From the NCBI GenBank assembly GCA_964247055.1, contig OZ176052.1, forward strand, positions 2,976,001 to 3,040,000: a DNA stretch of 64,000 bases, in the 5' to 3' direction. Positions 1 to 12,657 of the stretch are shown piece by piece. The DNA is from Paragordius varius. Lineage: Eukaryota > Animalia > Nematomorpha. Made by a program: the position numbers and the translations under genes. The notes under the pieces were generated by a model. It saw only the letters and a program-made list of their open reading frames with translations. It was not told the origin of the DNA and made no database searches. The stretch's first letter is position 1. Each line of letters begins with the position of its first letter.

Positions 1-393
1 TGATGCCATTTTTATTTTATAAAATTTTTGCAAAATATTTATTTAAATTTAAGGGTAAAATTAAAGCTAATTTATTATTTAAATTACATCTAACATTGAT
101 AGAATTAGAAAGAGCGCTTTATTTTGTATTATTTTTTATTTTATATTTTAACACATGTCACGTTGACGAAATTTTTACCTTTCGGTTTCAGCTTAAAGTA
201 AGTAATATCAAGTATTTTTGAATAAAAAATTTTACATATTTCGGTTTATTAATGATATATAAGTGCAAAATTTTGCCATGGTTTCGATTCCTTCCATACT
301 TTTTAAATATTTGATTTTAAACAGGCTTGGGGTATCCAACTACCCCAATTTGAATCGAAGGAATAAAATGAGTGTGATGTATCCAAGTGTTAA
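1..393. repeat. Dispersed repeat (family R0), copy 1, truncated by the window edge
   Basis: Colinear similarity to 26323..26676, e.g. GCCATTTTTATTTT...TTAAATTACATCTAACAT...GTGCAAAATTTTGCCATGGTTT...GGGGTAT..ACTACCCCAATTTGAATCGAAGGA...GTATCCAAGTGTTAA. Confidence 0.8.
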
Positions 394-855
394 TATCGTT
401 ATAAAAAACTAGTATAATTAGGGTTGGATTTGACCGTGTAAAAGATAAGATGATAATAGGTTCGATCCCTAATGAATATACGCCATTAATTAAAATATCA
501 AAATTAATATGCCAATTAAGTTTTTTGTTAAGCTGACAATTAATAATCATTAAAACTAAAAATATTATAATTTAAAAAGTCGCATTTTATATATCACAGA
601 TATATAAAAATTAAATTTCTCTTGTGGTCAGAACCGATGCATCTTCAACTATTTTCATTATGATACAAATAAGTTTAATTTATTTTGGTTTTAATATATC
701 CGAAACTTTTTTTTGAGTTCCGTCGGTTATTTATTGTAGATTTACAGATTTTTAAGTCTTTTTTTCCGTCGCAAAAAAAGTCAAAAATTTAAATAATTTA
801 TTTTTTTAAAACTAAATATTTTCTTATAATAAATAATTTTTCCCTTATGAAATAG

Positions 856-3800
856 TTGTGATGGGTGGACCCTCTGGGAAATATCGTTTTGCAAACTCGG
901 TCAGATCAGGTCTTGTATCACCTCTAACCAATATTTTATCTACAATAAGGGATGCTGTTTTTGAACCAACCCTTGGTATGATAACGGCCAATTTCACCGA
1001 TTGGCCAGACCATCGGACAAATTTTTATGAATTCTTACAGGTATAATTATTTGTCGTTTCTTAGAAAAACCCTAATTTTAATTCATTTATAACTCTTTAA
1101 ATTTTTTTAAGTCGCTTACCTATGATGATTAGGATTTTATACCATTTGCACTTCAAGAGTGTCCTTGAACAGTTTAAGTTGGTCCTTGAACAATTCAAGT
1201 TGGCCCTCGAACAGTTGAAGTTGGTCCTTGAACATTTCAAGTTGGTCCTTTGACTTTTTTGTTTTGTTATTAACTTTTATCAGTCAAATCGTAAATAATT
1301 CATCTATTATATTGTTTTTAACCTATTTTCTATTATTTAACATAAATTCTAAATCGATATCAACTTTTAATCTTTGAGAAACCGTATATCTTTATTAATT
1401 TCTTAAAATAATTTTGGATATTTATAAGATTTTAATACGAAATGAAAAATATATAAGTTTTCTGGGTTAATAATTAAAAATTTTCATTAAAAACATTTAA
1501 AAGTCAATAATTTTGTTCAATTGAAAAAAAAATAGTTTGAAACAAAAAAGTGGTTTTAAATTAAAAAATTTATTTTTAAATGAATAAATATATAATAAAT
1601 AAAGAAAATTAGGTTAATAAATAATAAAATAAAAAAATAAATGCAATAATTATGATTAAATCAAAATTTATAAAGTTTAAGGACCAACTTACTGTTCAAG
1701 GACCAACTTGAATTGTTCAAGGACACTCTTGAAGTGCAAATGGTATATAATGGGTACAAAACACTGTATTTAACAACCCTATGTTTGCATCGGCTATAAA
1801 AAAAAGTTAAATATCGGCTGACTTTTACGGATTTCCACATATTAATTAAAAACTATATTTTTTATATAATATATATAATTACTGAATTATTATATAAATT
1901 ATCTAAAACAAAAAAAATTACTAATTTGTATATTTGATGCTAAAAATATAAAGTTAAAGATAATAACATTAAAATCACTTCCTCTCCATTAACATGTTTT
2001 AACATATATAAAATGAATGAATTAACATCGGTTGATTAATTACTGTAGTTACAATTTTGTAACGGAATATATGGGTAGTTTTTTCACGGGGAGGGGGGCG
2101 GGGGAATTATTGTAAAAATTAATTTATGATTTATATATAGACAATCGTGAATAGCCTTCTTATGTCAAATTACGATTACAATCTTTTGAAAACTGGAACG
2201 AATGATTATCTCTCACCCTTCTCTGCTACGCCTTATATGAATGGTAGGATGCTATTTTCTTTTATCATTTAATTAATTAATTGTATAATGCTAAATGGAT
2301 AAAAATTTAATATATAAAGTCACTGAATGGCCTACTTTTTCTAATATTTGATAATTTTTATGTATATTTTGGTTGCTGCTTTAAATAGTGTTTTTTATTA
2401 CTTATTTCTTTTTTATTATTGACAAGCAAATTTTCATACTGGGAATTTTTCGCAATTTAACTTAATGAAGTTGGTTTTAACGATTCTTTGTAAAATATTT
2501 CGCAAACAATTCTATGAATTTTTTTAATGGTGGTATTAGCATAAATACTATAATTTTACTCTTTGTTAAGGGAAGAGATTCTATATTATTGCATTAAGCT
2601 TTATATACATTTACACCTCAAATTTACCCTAAAATAAATCACGTGTGTTTAAGATTAATAATTACCTATATTTTTTGATATTAAAAGATGAAGTTTAAAA
2701 TTATAATAAAAAATAATAAACTATGTCATAAAGAGTTATATTAGCCCGAAAACACAAAAAAAAATTTTTAATTTGAATTGTTTAAAGGGGAATTGGAATT
2801 TTAAATGGTATATAATAAATTTTAGCTTTTATTTTTGTGAAAAAGTCTTTAATTTATAAATTTTACACATTGAAAACTCAATCTAATAAAATTTTTCAAA
2901 TGCCCAACTCATTCTATTGAATAATAAGCTGTAACTGTCTCGGCGGGTCAATATTTGGTATTTTTGCCTTTTAGATTCCCTTAATTTTTAAGGAAAAAAA
3001 GATATCCTATTGAATTTATCCCTTTTTTATAGTGTAATTGATGATATTATATGGGCAAAACTTGAAAATTTTTTAACAAAGAAAACTAACTATATTTTAA
3101 AATTATTCATTTTTTAATCATAACTCATTATTGTCTTAAGTTGCAAAATAGGGTATAGACCGGTGTTAATTGGTAGTTCAGAATTATAATTATTTAGGTT
3201 TTACGGAAAAAATCAAGGTTTGTAAAAGGATGGATGGCTGTTTTTTATTCAGAAAAAATATTTATCTTTTTATTTTTACGTTTTGTCTTTACAATTTAAT
3301 ACTATATTGTTAATATTAATTATACTATATATTTATTATTATAAAAACAGCATATTATAAATTTTGTAAAATTAAAATTTATTTATTTTTTTGCAGGAAA
3401 TGCCAATGTTACCGATTCAAGTATACCTAATGCAAATAATCATGTCGGCCCCATGGATCCCACACTCATGAATGAAATTGTGGAAAAAGAGTTTGGGGGC
3501 ATCCTTTGTTTCGATATAACTCAACCGGGTGGTGGGCCCAAATTTAAACTTTTTTTCGATAGCATAATTTGGGGCATTAAACATACGATGCGAAACGTGG
3601 CTGAAACAAGTATTTTTCATTTTATGAGGAAAAAATGGGATTTTTATTTTTAGATTTATTTCATTCTTTATTAAATTATAAATGATACCAGGGGTGTCCC
3701 ACAAAAATGGCTTTGCGGGCCGCACTTGAATAATATAGGACCGTTAATGAATATTATAATTGGATTATTAAACTGAACATATTTAACTAATATTTTCTAG

Positions 3801-6800
3801 TTTGTTGCCAATTGGAAAGATTTACTTAAAAAAATTTAAGTGTCATTTTTACTAAAATTTTGTGGGTATATTTGTATATATTTGGAAATGTTCAAATTTT
3901 TGCGGGCCACATAAGACATCTCGGAGGGCCGTCACACTGATATATATACTATATATTGGAACAGTTTATATGGAGAAAAATTTTTTTCTGTATATATATT
4001 GTCTTGTTAAAATTAAAAAATGACTACTGAACTACGGTTTCAAAATGTTTAAAATGGAGCCTTTTCATCCTTTAAAATAATGTTCACCTTATAATATTAT
4101 TATTATCTAATTATTCAAGTCAGTAAATTATTTATTCGATTTTATAATTAAAGTAGCACACATTAAATTTAGCCTACATTTAATTATTTATTCTCAAAAG
4201 AATTTATTTAGGCTTTCTCTGGATTTGAATTGGTTAAAATTTTAAAGAACCGTTTACCCTAAAATATTTGGAAAACTTTATATTTACCACAGTATTGTAT
4301 TCTTGAACTATTCTTATATATCTAAACATATTCTATATTAATTTTTCCTTTAATATAGGTTTGGATATATTGATCAATTTGTTGAAAAAGATTGAATTAC
4401 GATATGAGACGCGTGTTGCACAAAGCTTTTATCAGGCCTACTTTACATCCATATTGGAACATTTATTTTCTGTCGTCTCTGATACATCATTAACTGCTGG
4501 TATAAATATTCGATTTTTAATCTTTGGGTGTGGTTTTCTAGGGTCTTTTTGAATATTTAATTTGGAAAACTTTAATATCACATTTATTTATTTATTTTAA
4601 AACGGTGTGCATTTTTATATGTATGTTTTGTGCTAAATGATATATAAATTAATCTACTGTAATTATAAGAGAATAATTATCCAGTAATTTTTTATATATT
4701 CTATGTTAAAATGGGATTTAATACCTAAAATGTTTTATATTATTTGTATTGTAGATTTGTTTGCGCAATCCCTTGTGTTGGAGCACTGTTATCAAGTTGT
4801 GGAAAATGGTAAATATTATTATTATTGATTATTTTTTAACGTAAAAAATTATTTGGGTGATTAGTATTAGTATATGTTTTGAAAAAGGAGCATGTTTTCA
4901 AAGACATTGCTAAAAATATTTATTAACCCTATTAAATTTAGAATGGTTATTTTTTTGGGGGAGGGGGGGGATTGTTTACTAAACCCTTTTTTCATCGTGT
5001 TAGAAATGGTGTACACTTTCAATCTAATAAAGGATTTTGAATGCTTGAATAAGATTTTTCGCTAATTATAACCGTATTTAAGTTAACAAGTCTTTGGCGA
5101 CACGAATGAATTACATTATATTGTGTCAACGAGAACTAATATTTTATGTGATAGATAATAGTTTGAATAATCGTAAAATTTTTAAAATTGCACTATATTT
5201 AAAATTTTCGATACATGAATGGACGAGAATTCAAATTATTATTTTAACCTAAGGAATTTTTTGACTTTGAAAGTTAAACAGCCCAAAAAAATTTTGTTTA
5301 CCCTGGTTTTTTTGTGTACAAAAACAATAACATATTATATATAACTTGATTTTTTTGATTATGCGCCCTCTTTATCAAAATTTTACTAAAAAAATATTTT
5401 TCTTTGAAAATATACAAGTAATGCCCATTTGTAATATATCATTCGAAAGAGTAATAAAAACTCTATAAAATGCATACTAATATGTATTACATCGACACTT
5501 AATATTGGACACAAAGAGCGACAAACGCGCGAAGCGAGAGCATTTTTTTAATTATTATATTTTTTAAACTAATGGATGAAAATAGCTTAAACTTTGTTTA
5601 GATGGTGATGAATGTCCAAAAAAGATAACACAAGAAAGTTTTTTTGATTAAAACATTTTTTTATTGCTTTTATGTCACTCAAAACAGCCATTTTTAAGTT
5701 TTTTGTTTTTTAAAAACTACCATCTCATCAATATTAATTTATTTTCTTTATAATGCTGATAATTTCGAAATTTTAAAGATAAAAACAAAGTTTAAGGTAT
5801 TTTTGATCTTTTATAGCCATTATGTAATAAATTTACTGTTATAACTATGCATTTTAGTATCCACTAGGTAAAATATTTATGATAATAATAATTTTTATTA
5901 AAAAAGCAAGCCTAAAGCTTTTTCAAACATTTTTTTTAAATTAAATACTAATATAACACTAATAATTATATTAAAATAATTTATATGATTTTCAAATTAG
6001 CTTGTCTGTGAAAATTCTTGACTTATTTGAGGATTGAAAATTTCGACCATTTAAATCCAAATAACTTTTACATCCGATTGATTTAAATGACTTACTACCA
6101 TTTAAAATATGCAGTTTTTTGCGCTCTTTCGAATGATATAAAATACTTGGCTTCATATCTAAAACTTTTAATTTTCGAAATTTTGAGTTTAATGTTAAAT
6201 TGGGGCCAAAAATTATCGATAAACTCTAGTATAAAAAAATTCTTCCATGCTAGACCAATTTTCTTTTCAGATATACTAATTATGTACTTTAATGAAATAA
6301 ATTTTAAATTTACAAGAATGGCAGTTAAAAAAAGTTAAAATTTGTTGTCTAGTGTAATATATTGCAAAATTTACAAATTATTATTTTTGATTGATTACTA
6401 GTGATTTTATGAATTTTTAACACCAAAAATTGTTTTTTTTTTCTAGGGAAATTGCCGCAATTTGATCCCAGTATGACAAATGTTGAATATATACGGCAAT
6501 ACACGTACAAACTATTGAAAACAGCCTTCCCACATCTCACGGAGTAAAATGATTAATCTAAATATATTTATAATTTTCTTAATTTGATATTTTTTATCCG
6601 AAATCTAGATTAACTTTTATTTAAAACTAAAAATTTTGATGTTTTAATTAATTTTATCGTTATTTAGTCCGCAAATAAATTTAACCATTCAAGGATTCTT
6701 TACGCATACTGATCTTGCGTTCCGTGAACACCTTCGTGATTTTTTGGTTCAAATCAGGGTATGTTTTTCCATTTAAATAAATATAAAATATCATTTAATT

Positions 6801-7944
6801 CTAAATTCTTAAACAATATATATCTACATTATTTTCTAAGAGTAAAAATTAATATTCTTTATAAATAGAATTTTATATATATACATTTGTTTTTGCAAAA
6901 TAAATTAAGTTGCAAAATAAGAAAATATATATTTTAATTAATAATATACTCCAATTTTATAGATTATATTGAAAAAATTTAATTTCATTACATTGTTATA
7001 TATATCTTTTTGTGCCGTAAATGCGGAAAATATAATTATGAATATAATGACCCCTATTGTTGGATATATGGGTTATTATCCGCTTCATAAACCTTGCAAT
7101 AATATGTATATATTTAACTTTAGTTTAAAATTTATTCTATATCAAATTTTATATTGTTAAAAGTATCCATTTTAATGGTTTCTTATTTTACAGTATAGTA
7201 GGGCAATTTGCAACACAGTAGTATTGTATGGTTTAAATTAAGGAAAGTTTATTCAATATTTTGTTGTTTTTTCCATACAGCACTTTGTTGCAAATTACTC
7301 AACTAAAAGGTGTGAAATATGCAACCATTAAAATGCACACTGCAATAATAATATTCTACAGATATTTCAAAAAATTATAAAAATGTTTTCTCAAATTAAT
7401 AAGTAAATAATGGGGGCAGTTCTCTTTGTATATATTTATAAACATTACCTCGGTTCCAAATAGGAGTATTCTGGAACCGATGACGCTGATTTATATTTGG
7501 CTGAAAAAGAACAGGCATTGAAAAAGGCTCAAGAAGAAAAATTGGCTTCATTGGCTACGATACCTGGTACCTATATTTTTTATTTAAATAAAAAAAGGAT
7601 AAATATGTTTTCCTATTGTTTAATATTTATATTTGAATCAAAAACAATTTTAGATTTTTAAAATTATATTGGCAAATGCTTGAGTTTGTTTTATTTTTGT
7701 TAGCTATATATAAATTTAAAAAATGAAGTCAACAGAACTATTTACGCAAAAAAACTATGCACCCAAAACTAATTATTTTTTCGCAAAAAGATGTTTTAGC
7801 CAAAAAAAATTTAATCCGTTTTTTTATAAAATTATTTAGAATTTTTTTGAAACATTATGGTTTATTATGTGTTTAATTTTATTTTGTGTTTGTTTTATAG
7901 GTATGATAAAGCCTAGTGAAATATCGGAAGAGATGCAACAATAA
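856..7944 (+). CDS. XPO1: Exportin-1 (CRM1), 3' part; exons 856..1040, 2141..2243, 3397..3609, 4359..4499, 4755..4808, 6447..6543, 6668..6758, 7464..7566, 7901..7944; upstream exons outside the window
   Basis: All introns are GT-AG and phase-consistent. The peptides DAVFEPTLGMI..HRTNF, FKLFFDSIIWGIKHTMRNVAET, QSFYQAYF..ILEHLFSVVSDTS, LLKTAFPHL, FREHLRDFLVQIR and EEMQQ* match the CRM1 C-terminal HEAT region. Confidence 0.95.
1138..1747. mobile_element. Foldback-like MITE family R1, copy 1 (XPO1 intron)
   Basis: Terminal inverted repeat TATACCATTTGCACTTCAAGAGTGTCCTTGAAC; subterminal 21-bp units (GTCCTTGAACATTTCAAGTTG), about 4 left and 2 right; internal region shared with the copies at 38111 and 58677. 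Confidence 0.9.
2604..2812. mobile_element. Foldback-like MITE family R2, short degenerate copy (XPO1 intron)
   Basis: Ends TATAC-ATTTACA...AAATGGTATA; shares the AATTACCTATATTTT and GAGTTATATTAGCCCGAAAACAC core with 30419..31172 but has only 1-2 array units per side. Confidence 0.75.
3689..3939. mobile_element. hAT-like non-autonomous relic (XPO1 intron)
   Basis: Starts CAGGGGTGTCC with subterminal GCGGGCCGCA motifs, like 24226..24810; right end is degenerate and no TSD was found. Confidence 0.5.
7161..7342. mobile_element. Palindromic ~180-bp MITE family R5 (XPO1 intron)
   Basis: Imperfect whole-length inverted repeat ending GCAACCATTAAAATGCACACTG; similar to 61459..61640 and 24327..24486. 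Confidence 0.75.
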
Positions 7945-10360
7945 TATACCACGAATATATTGCTTAAATTTTTTTTAAAAAATTTTTGTTAAATCACAGC
8001 GCAATTTTTGCATCCTATTTTTAACACAACTAAAATTTACCCTTTATTATTATTATTATGATCTCTCAATTTATTATCAAGTAGCAACTATAAAATTGCA
8101 AAATTTTCGATTTCGAAAATCCGATGCGAACGTTTGATTTAAAAAATTTATTAATAATCTATAATATACTGCTACCAGTTATTTAAACCTAGTTTTTTAC
8201 CATAAAAAATCCATTTTTTAACAAAATTCATATATATGGGGGGCGGATGACTATTATGGTTAGTTTATAATTATTATATTTGTTTAATTTTGCACACTGA
8301 CAATATACTATTATTATAGTCTCATAATTATTATTACTATATGTCTATACATGTATATACTGTGTTGTGCTCTACCTATATGCTGATGTTTTTTTTTCAC
8401 TTGATATATAATTAATATGCCCAACATGTCCATGATGATATTTGTTCATTACTACACGTGTATACATCCTCTCATTTGGATGTATAATATCATTTCATAT
8501 ATATTACATTATTACCATCGTGTAAAACAAATGTTGATATTGATGATAGATGTGCCCTATTATGCATTAGGAGACACACATCTAAAAACATTTGGCGTTT
8601 TTTGAAACTGTGGATACATTTTTAATTATGTATCCCCATTTTATGGATGCCATAGTGTTGTTTAAATAAATATTAAACCTAACGGATTGATTATTATATT
8701 TATTAGGGAGGTTATTGATATGGCAGGTTTTATTTATGTGTTAGTTTAAGCTTTTTTTGTTTTTGTCAAATTATAAATATTCGTATAAAATTTATGGAAG
8801 TTGTTGGTTAAAATTAATTGCATGATGCTTTTTGAAAGGAGAAAATAGCGTATGAAGGTGAATAAATATTTATGCATTCATTCTCGAGAAATTGAAAAAA
8901 TACGTGGCATAGCTTGAAGAAAGCATAATTCGTTTACCTAATTTTTTTTATTGAATAACTAGAGCAAATTACACCACCCTTTGATTACTCCAAGGAGCCT
9001 TATCAGATTTTCTAATAAGATCCAATAACATTAGTGAAGAAACAATCTTACCAGGTTCGTAATTATGTAACCGTCATAATGGGCCCAAACTTTTAATAAG
9101 CATTATATTATCAAAGTTGTAGAAAAAAATATATTTTTTAGCATTTGAAACATGTGAAACTGTAACATAATACTAAGATATATTAAAACACTCTTTCTAC
9201 TTAGTTGGATTTTTACCACCTTAAAATTAGATTTGAATCATTTGTTCGCTTTCAAACTTAAATAGCGATTTCACAAAAAAATGAAAATCGAATCATTGAT
9301 TCAAATATAGAAGATATACTGTGTTCAGCACCATTAATTTGGTATAATATCTTTCCATCATATTTAATACTATAAAATAATGCGCTTCAGCCAAATTTTC
9401 CCATTTAATAATCAAAGTTTGTTATTTTAAAAAAAATTTAGTTGTTCTAGCATAAATAAAAAATTATTATCGCATAATTTCAGTTTTGCGTTTATTTTAA
9501 GAATTACTAACCTATTTTAGCGGAGGCATTTGAGATTTTCGGAGCTTGCATCTCAATCAACGTCCTTTTTATAGTGTTTTAATTTTTAAATCGTTTTTAA
9601 TATGTATTGATAAAAAATTTGTTATGACATAGGTGAGCTCGCTAATTTTGCGATTTTTGGATATGGAACAATTACCGAAAAATTTGAAATTTTTATAAGC
9701 CCCAAAACCAAAAGCACTATGAGCATCCTACATTTTTCTTTCACACTATATTAATCAAAATAAATTATACAATTCCCTACCCTCTTCGATTGGGGACCTC
9801 TATATATGTAAATTGATAATGTGGTTAAAAAAATTAATAAATACATGAATAATCAATTTAGTTTTTTTGTTGGCTGTCAAATGTGTGAAGAGATGTCATA
9901 ATAAATTTTGCATAAATTTTCACATGGATTACTAATTAAAAAATAAGCAAAACTCTATTTTGTCTACTAGTGAATTTTTTTAAATAAAATAAGGATTTTA
10001 CAAGTTTGTTAAGCTACGTTGCGTACATAATTTATTAGAATTTTCATAAGACAGAATAGTTATTTCATAGAAAATTTTCTAAAAAATTGGTGATGCATAA
10101 ATATTGATGTTAATGTGATAAGCATACTACAAACATGGATAATAATACCATAAATAATATCCTCAAAATTTAAAAAAAGTTTTTGGTGGTTTCGATAATA
10201 TATTTTTACCTGGCTTTATATATATATATATATATATATATTGTAATCATTTTTTATGGTAAATATTTCAATCGGTAAATACATGCTTAAAAATTAAAAA
10301 CATATTTGAAAAAAGACTTTTTTAAAGAAAATAAGGGTCCTGCAACTTTCAAGCGATTAA

Positions 10361-12657
10361 TTGTTGTTGTTGTTGTTGAGCTTGTAGTCGGTTATCGACC
10401 ATTAGCGATTTTGTAGGAAAACTTCCTCCATTCGGTTCTGTCGTGAGCTTTTTGAGATAGTTTTTGCAGTGACAATTTGGAAAGTGATAAGATTTCGTCT
10501 ACCCAGCGAATACGTCTGCGGCCTCTTCCTCTCTTACCATTTACTTTTCCTAACATAATATCCTTTTCCAAAGAATTGCCCCGAATAATGTGTCCAAAGT
10601 AACCGAATTTTTGTTTTATTATTTTACCCCGAAGCGTTGTTTGTGCGTTAATTTTATTTACAATGTCGATATTCTTTATTTTGTCCTTCCATGTTATACC
10701 AAGTATCTTTCTCCAGCAAAACATTTCAAACGCGTTTATTCTTTTTTCGTCTTCACTTTTGATAGTCCAGCTTTCACACCCGTATAACATGATAGGAAAG
10801 ATTAATGCATTTACTAGTCGGATTTTTGTTTTAAGGGTTATGTCATGAGATTTCCATAACTTGTAGTGTGAGGATAGAGCGCATTTGGCGATAGCTATGC
10901 GTCTTCTTATTTCTTGGGAACTGGAGCTTAAGTTGTTGATTATGCTTCCAAGGTATGTGTATTCGTTGACTACTTGAATTGTTTCGCCATTAATCCGAAG
11001 CGAGTCATAGGAATGAGGGGAGTTGATATGTAAAATTTTAGTTTTGTTGAGGTTTAATGTAAGATTGTATTTTTTGCACACATTTATAAAAGTTCGGAGA
11101 CTGTTTTCGAGGTTTGTTTGTGAATTTGCTAAGATAACCGTGTCGTCTGCGTAGTGGAGAGTCGTCAGAGTGTGACCCCCTACTTTTATTCCTGGCAGAT
11201 TTAGATCCCTCATGATACATTCCAAATATATGTTGAACAACATGGGGGATAAAATGCAGCCTTGACGCAGACCTATGTTCATTGGGCTCCAAGAGGTTGG
11301 GCCATGCGGGGTGTTAAGTGATAGGTAGGAGTTGGAGTATATGGATTTAATTAGTTTGATTAAGTGATCGGAAACTCCTATTTGTTTAAGGGCCTTCCAG
11401 AGAATGTCATGTTGAACGGTATCGAAGGCTTTAGAGAAATCCACGAAACATAGGTGTAGCTCATTTTGGAATTCACAGTTTTTTTCCATTATCCATCTAA
11501 GGTTTGAGATCATGTCTCGGCATCCTCTTTTTTCTCTAAAGCCTGCCTGTGTCATTGATATTTCCGGTTTGACATATGGTTGTAGACGGTTTTGTATTAT
11601 TTTTAGGAAAACCTTTGAGGTTTGATTGATCAATGCTATTGTACGGTAATTTTCACATAGTTTAGGATCGCCCTTTTTGAATATAGGGACCACTAGTGAT
11701 TTGTTCCAGTCCGTCGGGAATGTCGCCTCGTTGAAAATTTTTTGAAATAACGAAAGAATTAATTTTATGGGAATGTGTCTTTGTAACTCGGTAGGGATAT
11801 CATTGAATCCTTCTGCTTTGCCGGTTGATGAATGCTTCAGGGCCCATTCAATTTCTTCTTTTAGTATAGGAGGGTCATAAGTTTGTTCAGAGTTCATGGC
11901 AGTTATATTTGATTTTGAGAATAAATTTTGGATGTATTCTTCCCAGAGTTTAATTACTCCTTTTTTATCGGTTAGAAGTTTTCCGTTTGAATGAGACATA
12001 GGACCTTTGTGTATTTGTTTTTTGCGCGGTTGAATGTCTTTAATATAAGAGAAATAGTTGTGATTAAATTTAGCAGCTTGCTCGAGGTTAGCGCAGATTG
12101 TATTATAATGAGATTCTTTGTCAAATCTTATGCTTTTTTGTAGTTCATTATTAATATTTTTGTACTCAAGGGGGGTGCCCTTGGATTTTGCTACTCTTCT
12201 CTGTTCAATTAGGTCGATGCTTTGTTGTGATATGGTGAATTTTTTGTTTTTTGTTGTGGCGGGCGGTATATATTCTTTAGCTGTTTCGATGGTAATTTTG
12301 TGAATAGTAGACCAAAGATCATCTGTGTTCAATGTTTCGTATTTTAGGGATTCAAATTTATTGTTAAGGATTGGAGTAAAATCGGCAGGTATAAGTTTGT
12401 AGTTCAATTTAGTTTTGGAAAAGTTTTTTTGCGGCTGAGGAAGTTGTAGCTTTATTTTGATCTTGGCCATTAATAGGTTATGATCTGAGTTGCAGTCTGC
12501 ACTCGAGTAGCACCGGATGTTTTGAAATGAGCTTTTGTATTTTTGCATTCCTAATATGTAATCTATCTGATTCCTGTGTTTACGACACGGTGAGGTCCAG
12601 GTGTAGAGCCGTCTCTTAGGTTGTTTGAAAAACGTGTTCGCTATAAAGAGATTGGAT
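10361..12657 (-). mobile_element. 5'-truncated non-LTR retrotransposon, RTE clade (BovB-like)
   Basis: Endonuclease C-terminus plus RT in one frame, a 13-nt 3' UTR and a (CAA)6 tail at 10361..10378; visibly more GC-rich than the flanks; 5' boundary approximate; no TSD found. Confidence 0.92.
10392..12653 (-). CDS. RTE ORF: end of the APE endonuclease plus reverse transcriptase (the frame stays open upstream of the ATG at 12548)
   Basis: In-frame LFIANTFFKQPKRRLYTWTSPCRKHRNQIDYILG precedes MQKYK; motifs ADCNSDH, FVDFSKAFD, GLRQGCILSP, YADD and the RTE-type C-terminus LEKDIMLGKVNGKRGRGRRRIRW; no internal stop. Confidence 0.93.
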   Translation of the reverse strand, partial: NLFIANTFFKQPKRRLYTWTSPCRKHRNQIDYILGMQKYKSSFQNIRCYSSADCNSDHNLLMAKIKIKLQLPQPQKNFSKTKLNYKLIPADFTPILNNKFESLKYETLNTDDLWSTIHKITIETAKEYIPPATTKNKKFTISQQSIDLIEQRRVAKSKGTPLEYKNINNELQKSIRFDKESHYNTICANLEQAAKFNHNYFSYIKDIQPRKKQIHKGPMSHSNGKLLTDKKGVIKLWEEYIQNLFSKSNITAMNSEQTYDPPILKEEIEWALKHSSTGKAEGFNDIPTELQRHIPIKLILSLFQKIFNEATFPTDWNKSLVVPIFKKGDPKLCENYRTIALINQTSKVFLKIIQNRLQPYVKPEISMTQAGFREKRGCRDMISNLRWIMEKNCEFQNELHLCFVDFSKAFDTVQHDILWKALKQIGVSDHLIKLIKSIYSNSYLSLNTPHGPTSWSPMNIGLRQGCILSPMLFNIYLECIMRDLNLPGIKVGGHTLTTLHYADDTVILANSQTNLENSLRTFINVCKKYNLTLNLNKTKILHINSPHSYDSLRINGETIQVVNEYTYLGSIINNLSSSSQEIRRRIAIAKCALSSHYKLWKSHDITLKTKIRLVNALIFPIMLYGCESWTIKSEDEKRINAFEMFCWRKILGITWKDKIKNIDIVNKINAQTTLRGKIIKQKFGYFGHIIRGNSLEKDIMLGKVNGKRGRGRRRIRWVDEILSLSKLSLQKLSQKAHDRTEWRKFSYKIANGR

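Noticed and set aside
3-550. ORFs 3..221 and 317..550
   Set aside because: They lie in the R0 repeat, have AT-driven composition and are not conserved as ORFs in the second copy
2205-2235. Resemblance of the XPO1 insert exon (CACCCTTCTCTGCTACGCCT) to an hAT-like right end, suggesting exonisation
   Set aside because: The match is too short and degenerate to support
10590-12303. Short ORFs overlapping the RTE ORF (likewise those overlapping FoxA, the GPCR and the CDK8 tail)
   Set aside because: Alternative-frame or antisense shadows of real coding sequence with no motifs
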